Assembly (NCBI GenBank): GCA_002269645.1
Contig: NIVC01001584.1
Location: 92,807-156,806 of the forward strand
DNA length: 64,000 nucleotides
DNA from: Macrostomum lignano
Lineage: Eukaryota
Direction: 5' to 3'
Positions 1 through 13,167 of this stretch are shown piece by piece. A program made the position numbers and the translations under genes. The notes below the pieces were generated by a model. The model worked only from the letters and a program-made list of their open reading frames with translations. It was not told the origin of the DNA and ran no database searches. The number at the start of each line of letters is the position of its first letter. The first letter of the stretch is position 1.

Positions 1-2270
1 CATATGCAATAACAACGGCAATGGTAAAGATTTTCTGTCTGTTATTCAAGATTTTTGCAAGTTTTAGTGGTGTTTTTGCTTTCCATGGTTTCAATGAGTT
101 TATTTTAAACTAGCGATTACGCTCGTAAATTTTTTTTTCGCAAGTTTACTTGAAGTGGCTTAAAAATATGAATGCGACACGCCTTTTCGCAATCGACACT
201 GTACGAGCGTATTCTCTAAAATTGAATCAAGATATTATTCTTTATAGTTGTAATGATTTTGTGCGTCAATTTATTCTATCTAGGCTATGGTTCTAATAAT
301 ATGCTTTTTTGTTTAATTCGATTCGTTTCCAAGAAATTCTACTCATATTTGAACATTCAACTAGTAGTAATTTCTGTAAGCGCATGGCAGTCTTGGACGT
401 GGATCAACCAGTGTATGCAAGATCGAAAGCATAGCAGTTTAGTTTAAATCTTCAGTGTACGCAATTAAATAATAACAAAATTAATGATTACTATTTAGTT
501 ACTAGCAAATCGTCTAGGCCTGACATGCGTAGCCAGTTAAATATATATTCTACTACTAGTACTACTATCGTTCCCTACTCTAGCCTCCGCAAAGTAAATA
601 TACCGGACTCGTTACAGGGTGCTTCTGTTAAAGATACAATATTTTTCCGAGGCTATCCATCGCACAGACAATCTTGACTGATTTTGCAGTTTTGATAATT
701 GTTAAATCCCTGAACACCTAGATAAAGAGTACGAGGTACAGTACGGCTCGTAGTACAGGTATTCAGGTCCTTGCTCGCCTGCGTCAGGACGCGAGTGGTC
801 ACAGCTTCCCGTAGTACGAAGGCATCTGGACGATCCTACGTGACTGATGTTCGCGTCAGAACGCTTGGACACCAAACCACGAGTATCAGCCCCTTATACG
901 CTCGTGTAGTTCTCCGGTTTTTCATTTGACGTCCTAATTTCGTCCAGTGTAGTTTGATCAGTCATACTTAAGAGGGCTTAAAATCAACATCGTGTTGCTG
1001 TTGAGATCTTTCTGCGTTCTTTTCAGTCTTAAACGCAAAATAGTAACAAGACTCAAGTGTTTAAGAGATTTCTAAACAGCTTAGATGCCTGGTCCATGCT
1101 ATATATTTTATTATCTTTCGTTCCCTTAACGCATGGTTAGCAACGGCAGGGGTTTAAATAAACAAACACATGCAACAAATTAAATTAAAATAAAATAGTA
1201 GGTTCGCTACGGGGGCGAGGATAGATTTTTTAGTATCAGTATTTTGGCTCCATTGAGTGAGTCTTGAGTAATTTTATCTGCTTTTTTGCGGTTGCTATGC
1301 TTCCCGGGTTGGTCGTTGGTTTTCGAGCTTTATCTCGCCTGCCAGCTAAATCTTCTCGCCGTCTTGCTTTAACTGGCACCTCGGCTGTTCATTAACGTAA
1401 TCTCACCCCCACTTGTATCTGGAATGGATGGTGGCTGTGATCTTATCAACCCCGCTGCTGACCTCTTTGCTTTTTTCTTTTTGCTCTTTTAACCTGGCCT
1501 TGCCTAATCAGCTAGCCTGGCCTCGGCTTGGCTTTTTTCTGGTCCCTTCTTGCGGATTTCTAAGCCCTACGTACAGGCAATTATTCTACAGAAACAATAG
1601 TTGCTTTTTTGCAAAAGAAATCTCATAAAAATTCATTTCTAAAGTTTTTGCTTTCGTTTAATGAAGAGCCCGTGAGCAGTAGCTCAACCATCGTCAACCA
1701 TACCATAGTTGTTCGAATCGTGACCTCTCGCGGTTTATGCTACTGATTTTATTATATTAAATATTATTTCGATTATTTTAGTGGATTGCTGGTTTATTTA
1801 ATGATATTTAGTGAAAAAACGGTTTAAAACATTAATCCTCCTTGTGTTTCCTTGATATGTGCTAGGGCAAGACTCCCCATGAGAGGCAAGACTCCTATAT
1901 TTCCTATATATTCTAGTTTCCCCTTAGTTCCCCCTTACCTTGAATTCCCTTCAGTTGAAATTTTCTAAGTCAAGAAATATCACAAACGGATGCTTCTCTG
2001 AGAGCCCAACTGCTCTTTACTCATAACGTTTCCCACCAAAACCTGATTAGTAATTACTGATTAGTCTCATATCTCATTCTTATATCTCATTCTCATATCT
2101 CACAGTCTCATATCTCTATTTAATTCTGCTTGCTTTTAATTGTCAATCAGTCTAACACCCCAAGTCTAATATGTCGAGCGCTGAACCGTGTAAGGCCATT
2201 CCCAGATGAAGGTTTCAGCATTTTTTCAAGCATCTAATTGCCTCGTGAGGTCAGTCAAAAAAGAGCGAAA

Positions 2271-2442
<172 letters not shown>

Positions 2443-2574
2443 CCTAAAAGAAAGGGACAGAACCCATGCTATTCATTATTTTACTAAAATGTTTGGGGGC
2501 CTCAGATTCTGCAGACTCAGACTCTGCATTGCAGTATGCACTGGATTGTGCATCTATAGATGCCATGGTTATCG

Positions 2575-3250
2575 GAGTGTTGGGGAACCAACAGGACTAG
2601 GAATGGAAGCTTCCGTACATCACCTGGGCCTATAAAACCTCGGTGCACAGCACCACCGGCCTCAGCCCATATAGTAGGCCTTCAAGGCTGGCCACCCAGA
2701 CTGCATGGCTCTTGACAGCTGGCTGATAACGGCGACCGGCCGGCAGCGGACGGTGGACATCGCGGCTTCCTGCAGCGGACTCAGAAAACCCTGGCAGAGC
2801 ACCGTTGACTCGGTGCATGGCCAGCTGCGGCGTGCGCAGATCGAGCGGAACTGGCTCGCCAACCAGGACTGCCATATTGTGCCGTTCTTGGAGGGCCAGC
2901 TCGTGGTGCTCTGCAACTAAGTGCGGCCAGACGTGGAGCCTGAGTGACAAGTGGAAAGGGTCGTACCGAGTCCTGAGCACCTGACTACCTGCAGCTTCCG
3001 TCTTCGTCATCACTGGAGCTTCCATCCGCTGTCGACAAAGGGGAAAGTGATGTAGTCGACTTGTTAGTGCGCAGGGCTCTGTAGGGTGCCCGTGCAAGCG
3101 ATGTCTTTGGGGTGAGGGTTGCTTGTTATCGCATGCATGTTGGTAGTGGGTGCACTCAGCCCCCGTTCTAGTTCAAATATATTGGCGTGCGACAGTGAGG
3201 TGGGCCTCACGCGTTTTTGGGTAATCATTCTTAAACCACGCTCTTATGGC
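2575..3250 (+). mobile_element. Degenerate Ty3/Gypsy LTR retrotransposon fragment (integrase C-terminus, polypurine tract, partial 3' LTR)
   Basis: The + strand translates as LPYITWAYKTSVHSTTGLSPY (integrase core end) and LSDKWKGSYRVLST (GPY/F-like motif) with stops and frameshifts, followed by a PPT-like tttggggtgagggt. It is absent at the equivalent site of duplication copy B. Confidence 0.75.
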
Positions 3251-4613
3251 TCGCACTATCAATGACAGGATAGACAAAAAAGAAGTGCATTCTTGTAGAA
3301 GTTGTTTCGCTGTGATAAGCTCGAGTTAATAAAAGTTTCTTCGCGTCAAACAAGCAGACAGTTTTAAAGCCTATAGCAGTGTTTTAAGCTTCATTACCCA
3401 AAAAGGTACACTTGAATAACTGCTTATTGATTTTCTTCTACAAACTTCTGCATTGGTAAGCAGCTAAAACATTCCTCTATTTAGTTATAGTGACGACTGA
3501 CTCTAAGACTGATGATTTATAATTCAGTCTTATGATAGTACTCATTTTATTCATTGATTGAAGCCCGTAAATTTTAGCCCAGTAGAGTTGTTGACATAAT
3601 ACGAGCGTAAACCCATTAAAAAACAAGGCAATTTTTTGTGACTAATTTCGTTTTTTCAAATGGTTGTCAAAATATAACACAACCATGTAAATAGCTAATC
3701 GTTGCGGTGTCTCTGTACAAGTCAAGTAATCGAAGGACAACAACAAAAACAACAACAAAATACTTCACCCGTCAGCCACGCAGTGGAAAGAAAGGGGGAG
3801 AAGTCACAGAGCGCGTCTCTGGGTCATAGCCCTCAGAAAGTCACCTACAGCTTGGTCCGGGGCGCCAGCATCGTTAGGACGCTGCACTTTTAGCACGTGA
3901 TCCAAAATCTCACGTTCTGGACTTCCAAATTTCAATTGTAGCCAAGCACGCCCCACATTGCACTAATAAGCTTATCAATGCGAAAATCTTTAAGCAGTCT
4001 CGCAGGACAGTGTCTCTGTGTTGCCAGTTGGCAAGGCTCCAGATACTGTTTTGTTTTCTAAACCGGTTTCGCGAAGATTTGTTTTATTTAATTAGGCTAA
4101 ATGGGGTTTGGCCAAGGACAAAATTCGATCAAGAAAAAGCTTTGCTAGAAAAATGCGATGATGGGAGCACGAGAATCGGCCGCAGGGAGATTTGCCCACC
4201 GAGCGTTTCGTGCCGAACATAGAAAAGAAAACCTACAAGAAACAGTTTGATCTGGTAAATTTCTTTATTCGCTGCCGGAAATACGACAAAAACTCGGCGG
4301 GCAATTCTCTTGGACCCCGATAAGACATGGATATAGCGACTTCCAAAACATTATTTACGTCTTTTGGGACTTTATTCGACTATATTTATTATTAGCCCAG
4401 AAAATATTTGAACCCGTGTGACTTATGTGAGGACACAAGCCTTTCTCTGGAGCTGTATCACAATTTTTTCGTATTGCGCATCGAAAACCGGTCTCTAGAG
4501 CAAAATCTGAAATCTGACCTTCTACATTAGTTCTCCTTGGCAATGTGCTACATCCATATTCAAGGACCACTAATTGCCGAAATTAGCTTTCTAAAAAACC
4601 CGGACAATTTCAG

Positions 4614-7600
4614 ATGCAGGCACTCGAAGGCTCGAAGACTGCACAGCGGCTGCCCCTTCAACAAGAGGCTGCAGCAGCTGTGGTGGCCGCCCAGCCGCCC
4701 GGCACCCCCGAGGCAGCAGCTCTGCAAGCTGAGAGACCTTCACCGGTAACAGGCTCAATTCAGAGCTTCGAAACTTTAACGCCGGAATCGATTCGAAATG
4801 TAAAGCCTGGAGATGTCATCAAAGCGTCAGGACGTTCTGAAGAAATCGTTGTTAAAGTTGAAGTCAAAGACGGATTCTTTACATTTTCGACAATTTATCC
4901 CAAACTATGCAGAGTTTTCGGCCAAATTGAGAGACGAGTAATCAAAGACATATTAATAGTTAAAATTATAAATTCTAAAAGATCAAAACAGCTGAAACCC
5001 AGTTGCCAACTTCGACACTTTCCAAAATCGTGCTGCCATGCTCTTGACGAAGTTGTCTGGAGAGCTCGAAGTCTCTTGAACGAGAAACGCCTTACTAATA
5101 AGTCAGGTTTCATACTTTGGTGCAAGACCAAAGACCAATCTCACAGGAAAAATTGTACCGTGCCAATTTATCTGCCTGGGAATTTCGAAATCCACCAAGT
5201 GAAAGTTGGCGATCATTTGAGTCTTAAGCACGACTCTGGTTCAATTCATGCAGTCGTACGAAGTAGCCAAGAGATGTGCGAGGACATTTATTTACTATCG
5301 TTGAGTGTTTCCACGCAGGACTTGATGAAGGATCGAATTGCCTTTGTAAACATTTCTACGCGAAAATTTCTACAATCGAAAGAATCGAATGAGCGCGTTC
5401 CAGTTGTAATATCGGTATCGAAGTGCGTGGAGACTAAGGAATTTCTCCACAGGATCGAATTGATGCGCGGCCTCGCGTATCCGAGGCGCATTTCGACTCT
5501 GCAGTTTTGCCTTCTTCTCACCGACTCGAGTCGCCACGGGCAGGACTGGAGGCAGCAAGTCGCACAGATGTCGAATCAGAGTAGACCGATTCGACCATTG
5601 ACCCGAAAAATTGAAGCGAAAAATCTTCAACGAGGCGACATCATTTTTGTTGACGATGCCTACAGAGTAGTCTGCAGTGTAGATAGCGACAAGGATGAAG
5701 TCAGCGTTAAATTAGTCAACTACGTTGAAGTCGACCACGAAGATTGCAAGACTTGCACGCTAAAGTATCTGATAAAAAAGGAAGAGACGGAAACAACTCT
5801 GTGTGTGCATAATGATAACACCGCTGATTGCCCTTTGGACTTAGAAGAATCATCGCCGGTAAATCTCGCAGTCATCTGCTCAGAGGAACCGGTAACCCTC
5901 CAGTTGCTTCAACAGCTACAGAAGGGTGACGTCATTCGCCTGTGGTACACTGGCAAGTGGCACAGGGTTATCGTGGAAAAACTGGCGCATGAAAATGAAG
6001 AATACATTGTCACTGCTATTCATTACGGTTTGAAATCGTGGCTTGATGGTAAAACTGTGATCAGAGAGGACTTTGCTTTCAAATATGACAGACAGCGAAC
6101 TAAGCAGGTGCATCCGAAGTGCTTTCTCTGCCACTTCTCGGATCTCTGGTGCCACGAGCCCGATGTTGTGGTTGAAAGAGCTCGAAGCCGCCTCAACGAG
6201 CAGGAATACTCTCTGATTGCTAACTGTGGCACTCGGTTTGTCAAGTGGTGTAAGACCAAGTCTATCAGTCACAGAGCTGACAACTCGGTGCCCATATTTC
6301 TAGATGGCTTTCATACTCACGAAATTAAAGAAGGTGATCATTTTGAATTTAACTGCGGTCTAAAAAACAGACTTCACGGAGAAGTGACCAAAGTAACTAA
6401 ACTGAATAATAGGCGAAAACTTTTTCTCGAATTGCAAGTAATCAAGCCCCATGAATTGCATTACGTGCACACAAGTGAACTAGTGCTCAAAACGGATGAG
6501 GAAGTGACTCGAGTCATTCAGTATCAGTCTCGTGTCTTCAGTGAAGCGGAATTGATTCGTCGGATTGAGTTCATAGAAAATTTGGCCTTCAACCACAGTG
6601 AAAGTTCATTCAAAATTTGTCGCCTGGTGACGAACTGCGATAGCAGATTTGATGATTGGAAAGACAGCATTTGGGATGCATTGACTCAAAATGAAGTGCA
6701 AAGCAATCGGCCCGTATTGGTTGAGAGTGTTACTCCCAATCATGACCATGATGGCCTTAGAGTTGGCGACATCATACAGGTGAATGGTGTCTATCGTGTT
6801 GTTGCGGGCGTCAGTACCGGCAGCGGTGAGTCATCCAAACAAGTCAGCATTAAAACGCTCCACTATGGCTCTCAAAAACAAAATTTGTGTGTGTCAAAAT
6901 TAAAGTACATCATTGATGCTGAAGAGAAGGACGCCAAGCTGTGCGTACACAATGATCCCAGCTTGAACTGCCAATTGTATGGCGGTGGTAGCCAGGCACC
7001 AGCACATATGGCTGAAGAAGTACATGATATGCAAAGCATTTCAGCTGGCTCGGTCATTTCTTGGAGAGACAATCGGTATTCTCTGTACCAGCACGCTGTG
7101 GTGGTCGGAAACCCGGTGGTACCGGATGCGAACAATCCCCACTGCGCTGCAATCGATGTCATTTTTACAGAGGTTCGTGGAGAGGTCAGATTGACAGAAA
7201 AAGTTTATCAATAGACTTAAAAAAGCAGAAACTTTACACAGTTAAGTACGATGTACTGGAAGGCTGCGTTCTCACCCCAGAAGAGGTGATTAAAAGAGCC
7301 AACAGCCGACTCAAAGAGAAGCAGCACAACTTCCAGTGGAACAGCAGTCGCGACTTTGCTCGCTGGTGCAGCATCAAGCATAGCAGCAACAGGGAGCAGT
7401 GCGCAGTTCCCGTACACTCGGCAAAAGACCTTCTTAAGTTCGAGAGAGGCCACATAAAGTTCTACAAGTCGCCTTGTTTTTACAAGCACGAAGCAATTAT
7501 GCGCAGCTGCTCTGCAGTAGATGGCTGCAGCGATATTGTTCGGGTCGAGTTGTACGAAAACAATCACGATCAGAAACGGGTGCGATTTGAAAAGCTCGTC

Positions 7601-8740
7601 ATTGGCCCGGGTGAGAGCTCGATTCGACGGGTCAACTACGGCTTTGAAGAAACCACTGGTTTTTCTATTTTGAAGGAGCTGACGGACTGCACGTTTTTGA
7701 ATGCCGACGACGACAGGAAGGGATGGACTGCGAAGGCCAAGAAGTTTGGCAGCAAGGTTTGCAGTCGGGACTTTTGCTTCTGGCTGAGAACTAATCCTGA
7801 TGCCGGTCGGATGTGCGGCATTCAAAGCCTGTTCGGTACTGACCTGGCCGAAATTCAGGACAAAATGAAGAAACTGACCAAAGAAAAATCACTGAAAGTT
7901 TCGGAAAGTAATCAAAAAGTTGAACTCGAAGACAGAGTTGATAGACGCAGTCTCAGGCAATACGATCACATTGTTCTAAATCGGATGGTCAACGGAGTAG
8001 TTTCTGAGGTTGATTTCATTTTAACCGAGTGGGATGCTGCCACTTGTTCCGGCGTTGGGGTCACGTACGAATTGCCGCAAGGTTCCGGAGCCATGGGAGT
8101 CGTCAAGTTTCAAGGATTTCTTCGCGTTGAAGACAATCAGATCGAGAAGGTCGTGCACAACTCCGATTTAGACTGGAATCAGATCGACGCCAAATTCAAT
8201 CAACTGTGTGGCAGTAGGAGTTACAGTTTACTGTTTAACAACTGCGAACACTTTGTCAACTATTTAATTTATGGCCGGGTGAGCAGTACTCAGCTGAATA
8301 ATCTAGCCTGGCGTTTTAGCCACTTTTTGCCCAACGCGGTGCAAAGCATTGCTACTGCCGCAGTTCGAATCCTTCGATTAGTCTACACCTTGATGGAGAC
8401 GGGAAGTTTGAGCACAGCTGCTTCACTTCCCTTAGTGCTGATTGAGGGCGGCTCGGTGCTTTTAATTGCCCTTTTGGGAATTGCATCATATCTTCTTTTG
8501 CGGTATCGTAAAGCGAAATTCAATATGCCTCAGCAGGAGTTCCTCGGCAGAAGACGTGACATCTTGTGCCGCACTTTGGTTCCAATATTTAGCGTAATCA
8601 TTGTTGGAGCCGTCATTCACACTGCCCCGGTCAGTGCCCCCATTATTGGCAGTGCCGCTGGAGTCGGAGCACTGGCTGTTGGTCTTGCTTACTTCCTGCC
8701 AAGGTTTTTAGCACTACTGATGGCGCGAATGAAACCGTAG
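4614..8740 (+). pseudogene. Poly-LRAT/NC-domain membrane protein, copy 1 (~1375 aa if one T is restored at 7162-7166); frameshifted allele or homopolymer sequencing error
   Basis: ORFs 4614-7214 and 7061-8740 join by adding one T: gtcatttttacag here versus gtcattttttacag in copy 2. Repeated GD(V/I)I...EVVxRARSxL...F..WCKT modules, a final YSLLFNNCEHFVNYLIYG (LRAT/HRASLS NC motif, Cys at 8243-8245) and hydrophobic C-terminal segments. The ATG directly follows an acceptor-like tttcag, so a 5' exon may exist. Confidence 0.8.
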
Positions 8741-8830
8741 CAGATTTACTGCAACCTTTTATTGAATAATTTATTTGCTTACGAACTTTTGTTTTAATAA
8801 GTATGGTATATGTACCTATACAGCCATGGG

Positions 8831-9343
8831 CAACTGAAGTAGAAGGACGCTCTTAGTGGTGACATGTGTGCCTATGGTGACACCCCATGACCATCCCTTA
8901 CCCTACTTCAGTTGTCTATGTGTATACAGTACGAGTGTTGGAATATTTGGTATATAAAATCCGATGTCTTATTTAATTGACCTTTAATGGGCGCCTTCGC
9001 AGCAAAGAATCAATAGTCTATGGTACAAATACTTCTATACCGGGACCAATAAATCATTTAATGGTCTTCAAACGGGCTCTGCCCCCGCACCTCCACCCGC
9101 AATCACGGTCGACCAGATTGAATATCCCAAAAATAAGCAATCTGATTTCATAGAAAATAATAGTCATTAAATTAAGCTATGTCTATGGTCTGAATGTCCT
9201 TGGCCCCACTCAATTACCCTATTCAGCGGGAACTCTCTAAAGCATATTACCTAAATGCACTATAGCAGAAAACAGATGTACGTTCTTTGGCCTCCAGCTC
9301 ATTTTCTAAGTAAACTGAGCGTAGCGTCCTTCTACTGCAGCTG
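8831..9343. mobile_element. MITE-like element with ~21-bp TIRs (second copy at ~20250-21213)
   Basis: caactgaagtagaaggacgct at 8831 versus agcgtccttctactgcagctg ending at 9343; the same TIR pair lies downstream of gene copy 2. No TSD resolved. Confidence 0.55.
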
Positions 9344-10061
9344 TCAATTCGTCTAAAAACGTTCTAGACAGAGTTATTTAAATTTCATATCCTCTTGAAA
9401 CAGTACTGCAGATAAATGCACGCGTAATATTCATATCATATTTGTTTGATAAAAAGAGATATGAATGTTTGCAGTATCTAATGGCTCATTAGAATTGTGT
9501 AGTAATTTCTGTTGTAATTTAAAAACTTTATCTGCCTAAATTAACAAGTGAATTATCATGCAGTTTTTCCAATGATTAACTTTTACAACGCTTGTAAATT
9601 CATAGAAAAAGGTTTGATTTTTGTTAAAATACGCTCGTAGTATACTGCTCGACTTCGTCCTGTTGTACTTTTAAAACGTACGTGGAAGCAGAGATTTTCT
9701 GAGTATCAACAAATCTTGCGCAAATGGACTGCAGGTGCAAAAATGATCAATTTTTATTTTAAGCAAAATAAAATTCTTACGTTTCTTATCTAATGGCCTA
9801 GCTAATTAAAGTATATATATACAAGCTGTTGAAACCTGCAGATTTTGAACCCGTGAAATTCCAATCCCCGGAACTACTTCAAAGTATTTTTGCGTCTATT
9901 CTAAAATCTTAAGTCATTTCAGTCACTCAAACAAAAACTTGTTAATAGTTGGGATGGAGGTAAACATAAAATGGAGTAATTTCGTGGAAAATTAAGATTT
10001 GAGGCAAACATTGATCTTGGCTGGGGTGCTGCGCAGAATGTTGGGCAATGTCTATCTAAAG

Positions 10062-11534
10062 CATGTATTGGCAAACTCATGGCCTCATCTCTTCTCTTCT
10101 CTCTTCTTTCCTCTCTCCTCTCTCCTCTCCTCTCTTTCCTCTCCTTTTTCTCTCTTCTATCAACTCTTTCATCTCTTCTCTATTCTCTCTCCTCTCTCCT
10201 CTTTGTGCTGCCCCATCTTTCCTCTCTTTTCTCTTCTCTCCCCCTCTTTTCTCTTCTCTATAATCTCTCCTATCTCATCTGCCTCTGCTCTCTTATCTCT
10301 ACTCTCTTCTCTCTCCTCTCCTCTCTTCTCTCTCCTCTTCTCTCTTTTCTCTCCTCTACTCTCTTCTTTCTCCTCTACTCTCTGCTCTGCTCATCTCTTC
10401 TCTCTCTCTCTTTCATCTCATCTCTCTCATCTCCATTCTTCTCTCCCCTCTCCTCTCACTTCTCCCCTCTCCTCTCACTTCTCCCCTCTTCTCTGCCCTC
10501 TCTCTCCTCACCCCTCCTCTCTCCTCTCATCTTTTATATTTTATTTTATCCCCTGTCTCGCCTCTCCTCTCTTCGAATCGTCTATTCCTTCTGTTGTGCC
10601 CGTGCGCTTGCCCTGCCAAAGTGCACTCTGCCCCCCACGCGGCATACTGTATTTGTTTTTGTGCTATGTTGTTGTGCCCGTACGCTTGCACTGCTAAAGT
10701 GCACTCTGCTCCGTATTTGGTTTTGGTGTGATAGGCTCAGCGGTGTAAGCCGCTTAGCCCTTTGGGTTGTCTGCGCGCTGGTTGGCTGGGCCGCCCTGTT
10801 TGGCCCTCCTCCCGGGCTGCCCTCCCCCAGCTGCGCCGTGATTGGCCGGTGTGTGGCTGGGCCGGGGGGTGGGGCGGGGGTGTGGCGGGGGGAGCCCTCG
10901 CCCCGGGGGGTCGTGGCCTTTTAAGGCGCGGCCGGGGCGGGTGGCTGCCGGCCCGTGGTTGTTTTGTTTGCCGCACTCTACCACGCAGGCCAAGAGAGCC
11001 GATTACAGCGTCTTTAGACCGTCCTTCCCCTAACACATACGCAATAAACGTTGACCATCGGGTCCGCCAGCCGCGAGCAGATCTCAGCTACGATTTATTG
11101 ATCGCACACGCAAGGGCGAGCCATCCGCGAAGTAAGTCACTGCCTTGTCTCTTTCATTTCGGGAGCTGTAGCAGGGACAGTCCGTGTGTCCTGACGCCGA
11201 CTCAGGGGAGACTAGGCCAGGTAGTCAGCCAGGGGTCACCCTGTACCGTAAGCCCGCTGTACATAGACGTTAGCTTGCTGAAGGTGATCGACATCACAGC
11301 GTCCCTACGCGAGTGCCGGCCACTTGGGTGCATCCTGACGCCCCAGACTTAGGGTCCCGTGCGGACACTCGCGCCCTGACGCAGGCAAGCACGGGCCAGC
11401 GTACTCTGACCCTCGTAGGTGCACCCTTCCTGAGAGTCGTGAGTACAACACTTCTCCTTTTCACTCTCATCTGGCCCGCAGCCATGAGCTGCATTCTTTA
11501 TCTGTCCTTTGAGGTAAAAGTCTGCCGATCCCTG
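10062..11534 (-). mobile_element. hAT (Charlie-like) non-autonomous element with an expanded CT-rich core, interrupted by a solo LTR
   Basis: The right end ctttgaggtaaaagtctgccgatccctg is the reverse complement of the start of the hAT MITE at 20563 (cagggcttggcaaacttttttta cctgaagggcc). It also shares ctggcccgc.gc and a purine/pyrimidine-biased core (10085-10575). The TSD is not preserved. Confidence 0.5.
10592..11450 (+). mobile_element. Solo LTR (Gypsy-type), 859 bp
   Basis: Ends are TGTTGT...ACAACA, flanked by a 4-bp direct repeat CTTC (10588-10591 and 11451-11454). GC/CpG-rich, with AATAAA at 11043-11048 and internal short direct repeats. Confidence 0.75.
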
Positions 11535-13167
11535 CTTCGAAAGCCAATTTGTGGGACGTAGTACTCTCATGGTTGTTCTCATGCTTTGATCACGTCATCT
11601 TTCTGGCCAATTTGCAGCCCTGTGTGGAATTCGTGTACATGTATCTCCAGCTCCACTGCAGTCTTCATCAGTCTGACAATACGCATTTCTCAGGAGACCA
11701 TTTAAAGTTTAAAGTACCTTAAGCGAAACTTAAAACTTCCATGGTGTGACTAATTTAGTAGGGTTGTATTGCATTCCATCGCCTTTTCATGAATTTTTCG
11801 CTTTTATACCTACATGTACAAGCTGGTGTACAGTAACAATTTCCATTTTGGCAATAGAAATCTCTTCACAACTATGGAATTAAAATTTCTAAAGCTTTTG
11901 CTTATCAATAGGCAAGGAGGTAGAAACTACCTCTACTGCCTCTGCCCATATCGTCCGCTGGTGTTCATGAACTCGAGATTCAACTAGCACTTCCGGAAAA
12001 GCCGCAATTAAGTAGTTCTGCAGTTTTGCACTGGGCGAAACAATGGATAAATAATCAGCGGTCCCAGTGCGTGACAACGATTGTCTGGCGAGCGCCGGTA
12101 GGCGAGCCATAGACAAATCGTTGTCACGTGCTGTGACCGCTGATTCTTTGCATTGTTTTTCTATTTGACGATCCTACAGACAATGAAATGACTCTGCGCT
12201 ACGCACCTCGGCGTTTCAGTTCATTTCAGTCCGAACAGCCAGTCCATATTAGTGTTATGGGTAGGCTGAAGCGCGGACGCACAACGCGGTTTCACGTCCA
12301 CAGACAGAAACTGTCTATGGTTGAAAAAGCTTTAGCTATATGCTTAGTGGCGGTTTCGCAGCCCGCGGAGACTGTCTATGGTTGAAACCCAAATAGAGTT
12401 TGAAGCATTCTTCTCCTGGTGGGTGGAGAGAAAAATAAGATTTAAACAGCTTTAAAGGTTCGGAATTAGCCATGTTTCACTGGGAATCAATACTAGAGGA
12501 AGATATTAGCGGTTTAGAAATGAATGAGATTGCGTTTCTGCAGCAACTTGGACATCGTGATCCTGGTGAAGAAGTTAGTCAGTGGACTGGTCTGACCGTA
12601 AGACAGCAGCAGTTGATTGACGCAGAATTGTCCAATCCAAGCACATTCAACATTACACCACGCTAGACAGATGTGTCGTGGATTGCAGTTTCTAACTACG
12701 ACCATGTATTTGAGGTAACTATTGATGAACTATCCAACCACGTTAACCACGTTATTTACTGAATTCTTTCGTTTATTTCGTGTTTCATTCATGTTGTGTT
12801 TGCTCTCACAGTGAAATATTCTGAGACGAAAAGTTATCCAATTTTACCCATGCTTACATCAGTCGTGAGCAGATTTGCTTTGACCATAGACAGTGACGGC
12901 GGACAAATGTAGAGCGTTTCAATCGCGTTTCAACCCAGGAAGCCTACCCATAACTACCTCGGCCAACTGATCCAAATGCCGGAGTTTTCTACATTTGACA
13001 AGCTCATCAGCGAGGAGCAGCGCTAAGCTTCAAGCCACTGAGCTGTTCGATTCAAAAGCAGTCAGCCAGCGCGTTTCCCCCCCCCCCCGGCAGCTGATTT
13101 CATAATCGGTAGTAAAAAATATTTGTTAGAAAACCTTCAACCAAAGACCAAGTACTACTAAAGTAGA

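Noticed and set aside
2630-3097. 155-aa minus-strand ORF
   Set aside because: Antisense to the decayed Gypsy integrase fragment on the + strand.
7160-7172. tttttacag as a splice acceptor that would rescue the copy 1 frameshift
   Set aside because: The homologous stretch is continuous coding sequence in copies 2 and 3, and no suitable upstream donor was evident.
9999-10924. Long Leu/Ser-rich ORFs (232 and 281 aa)
   Set aside because: Translations of a CT-rich low-complexity tract plus LTR sequence, open in several frames.
11889-12900. Protein-like short frames (11889-12116 minus, 12472-12666 plus) with nearby ccatagac/gtctatgg motifs
   Set aside because: Probably a decayed DNA-transposon remnant, but I could not establish a family, TIR pair or TSD, so it is not called.
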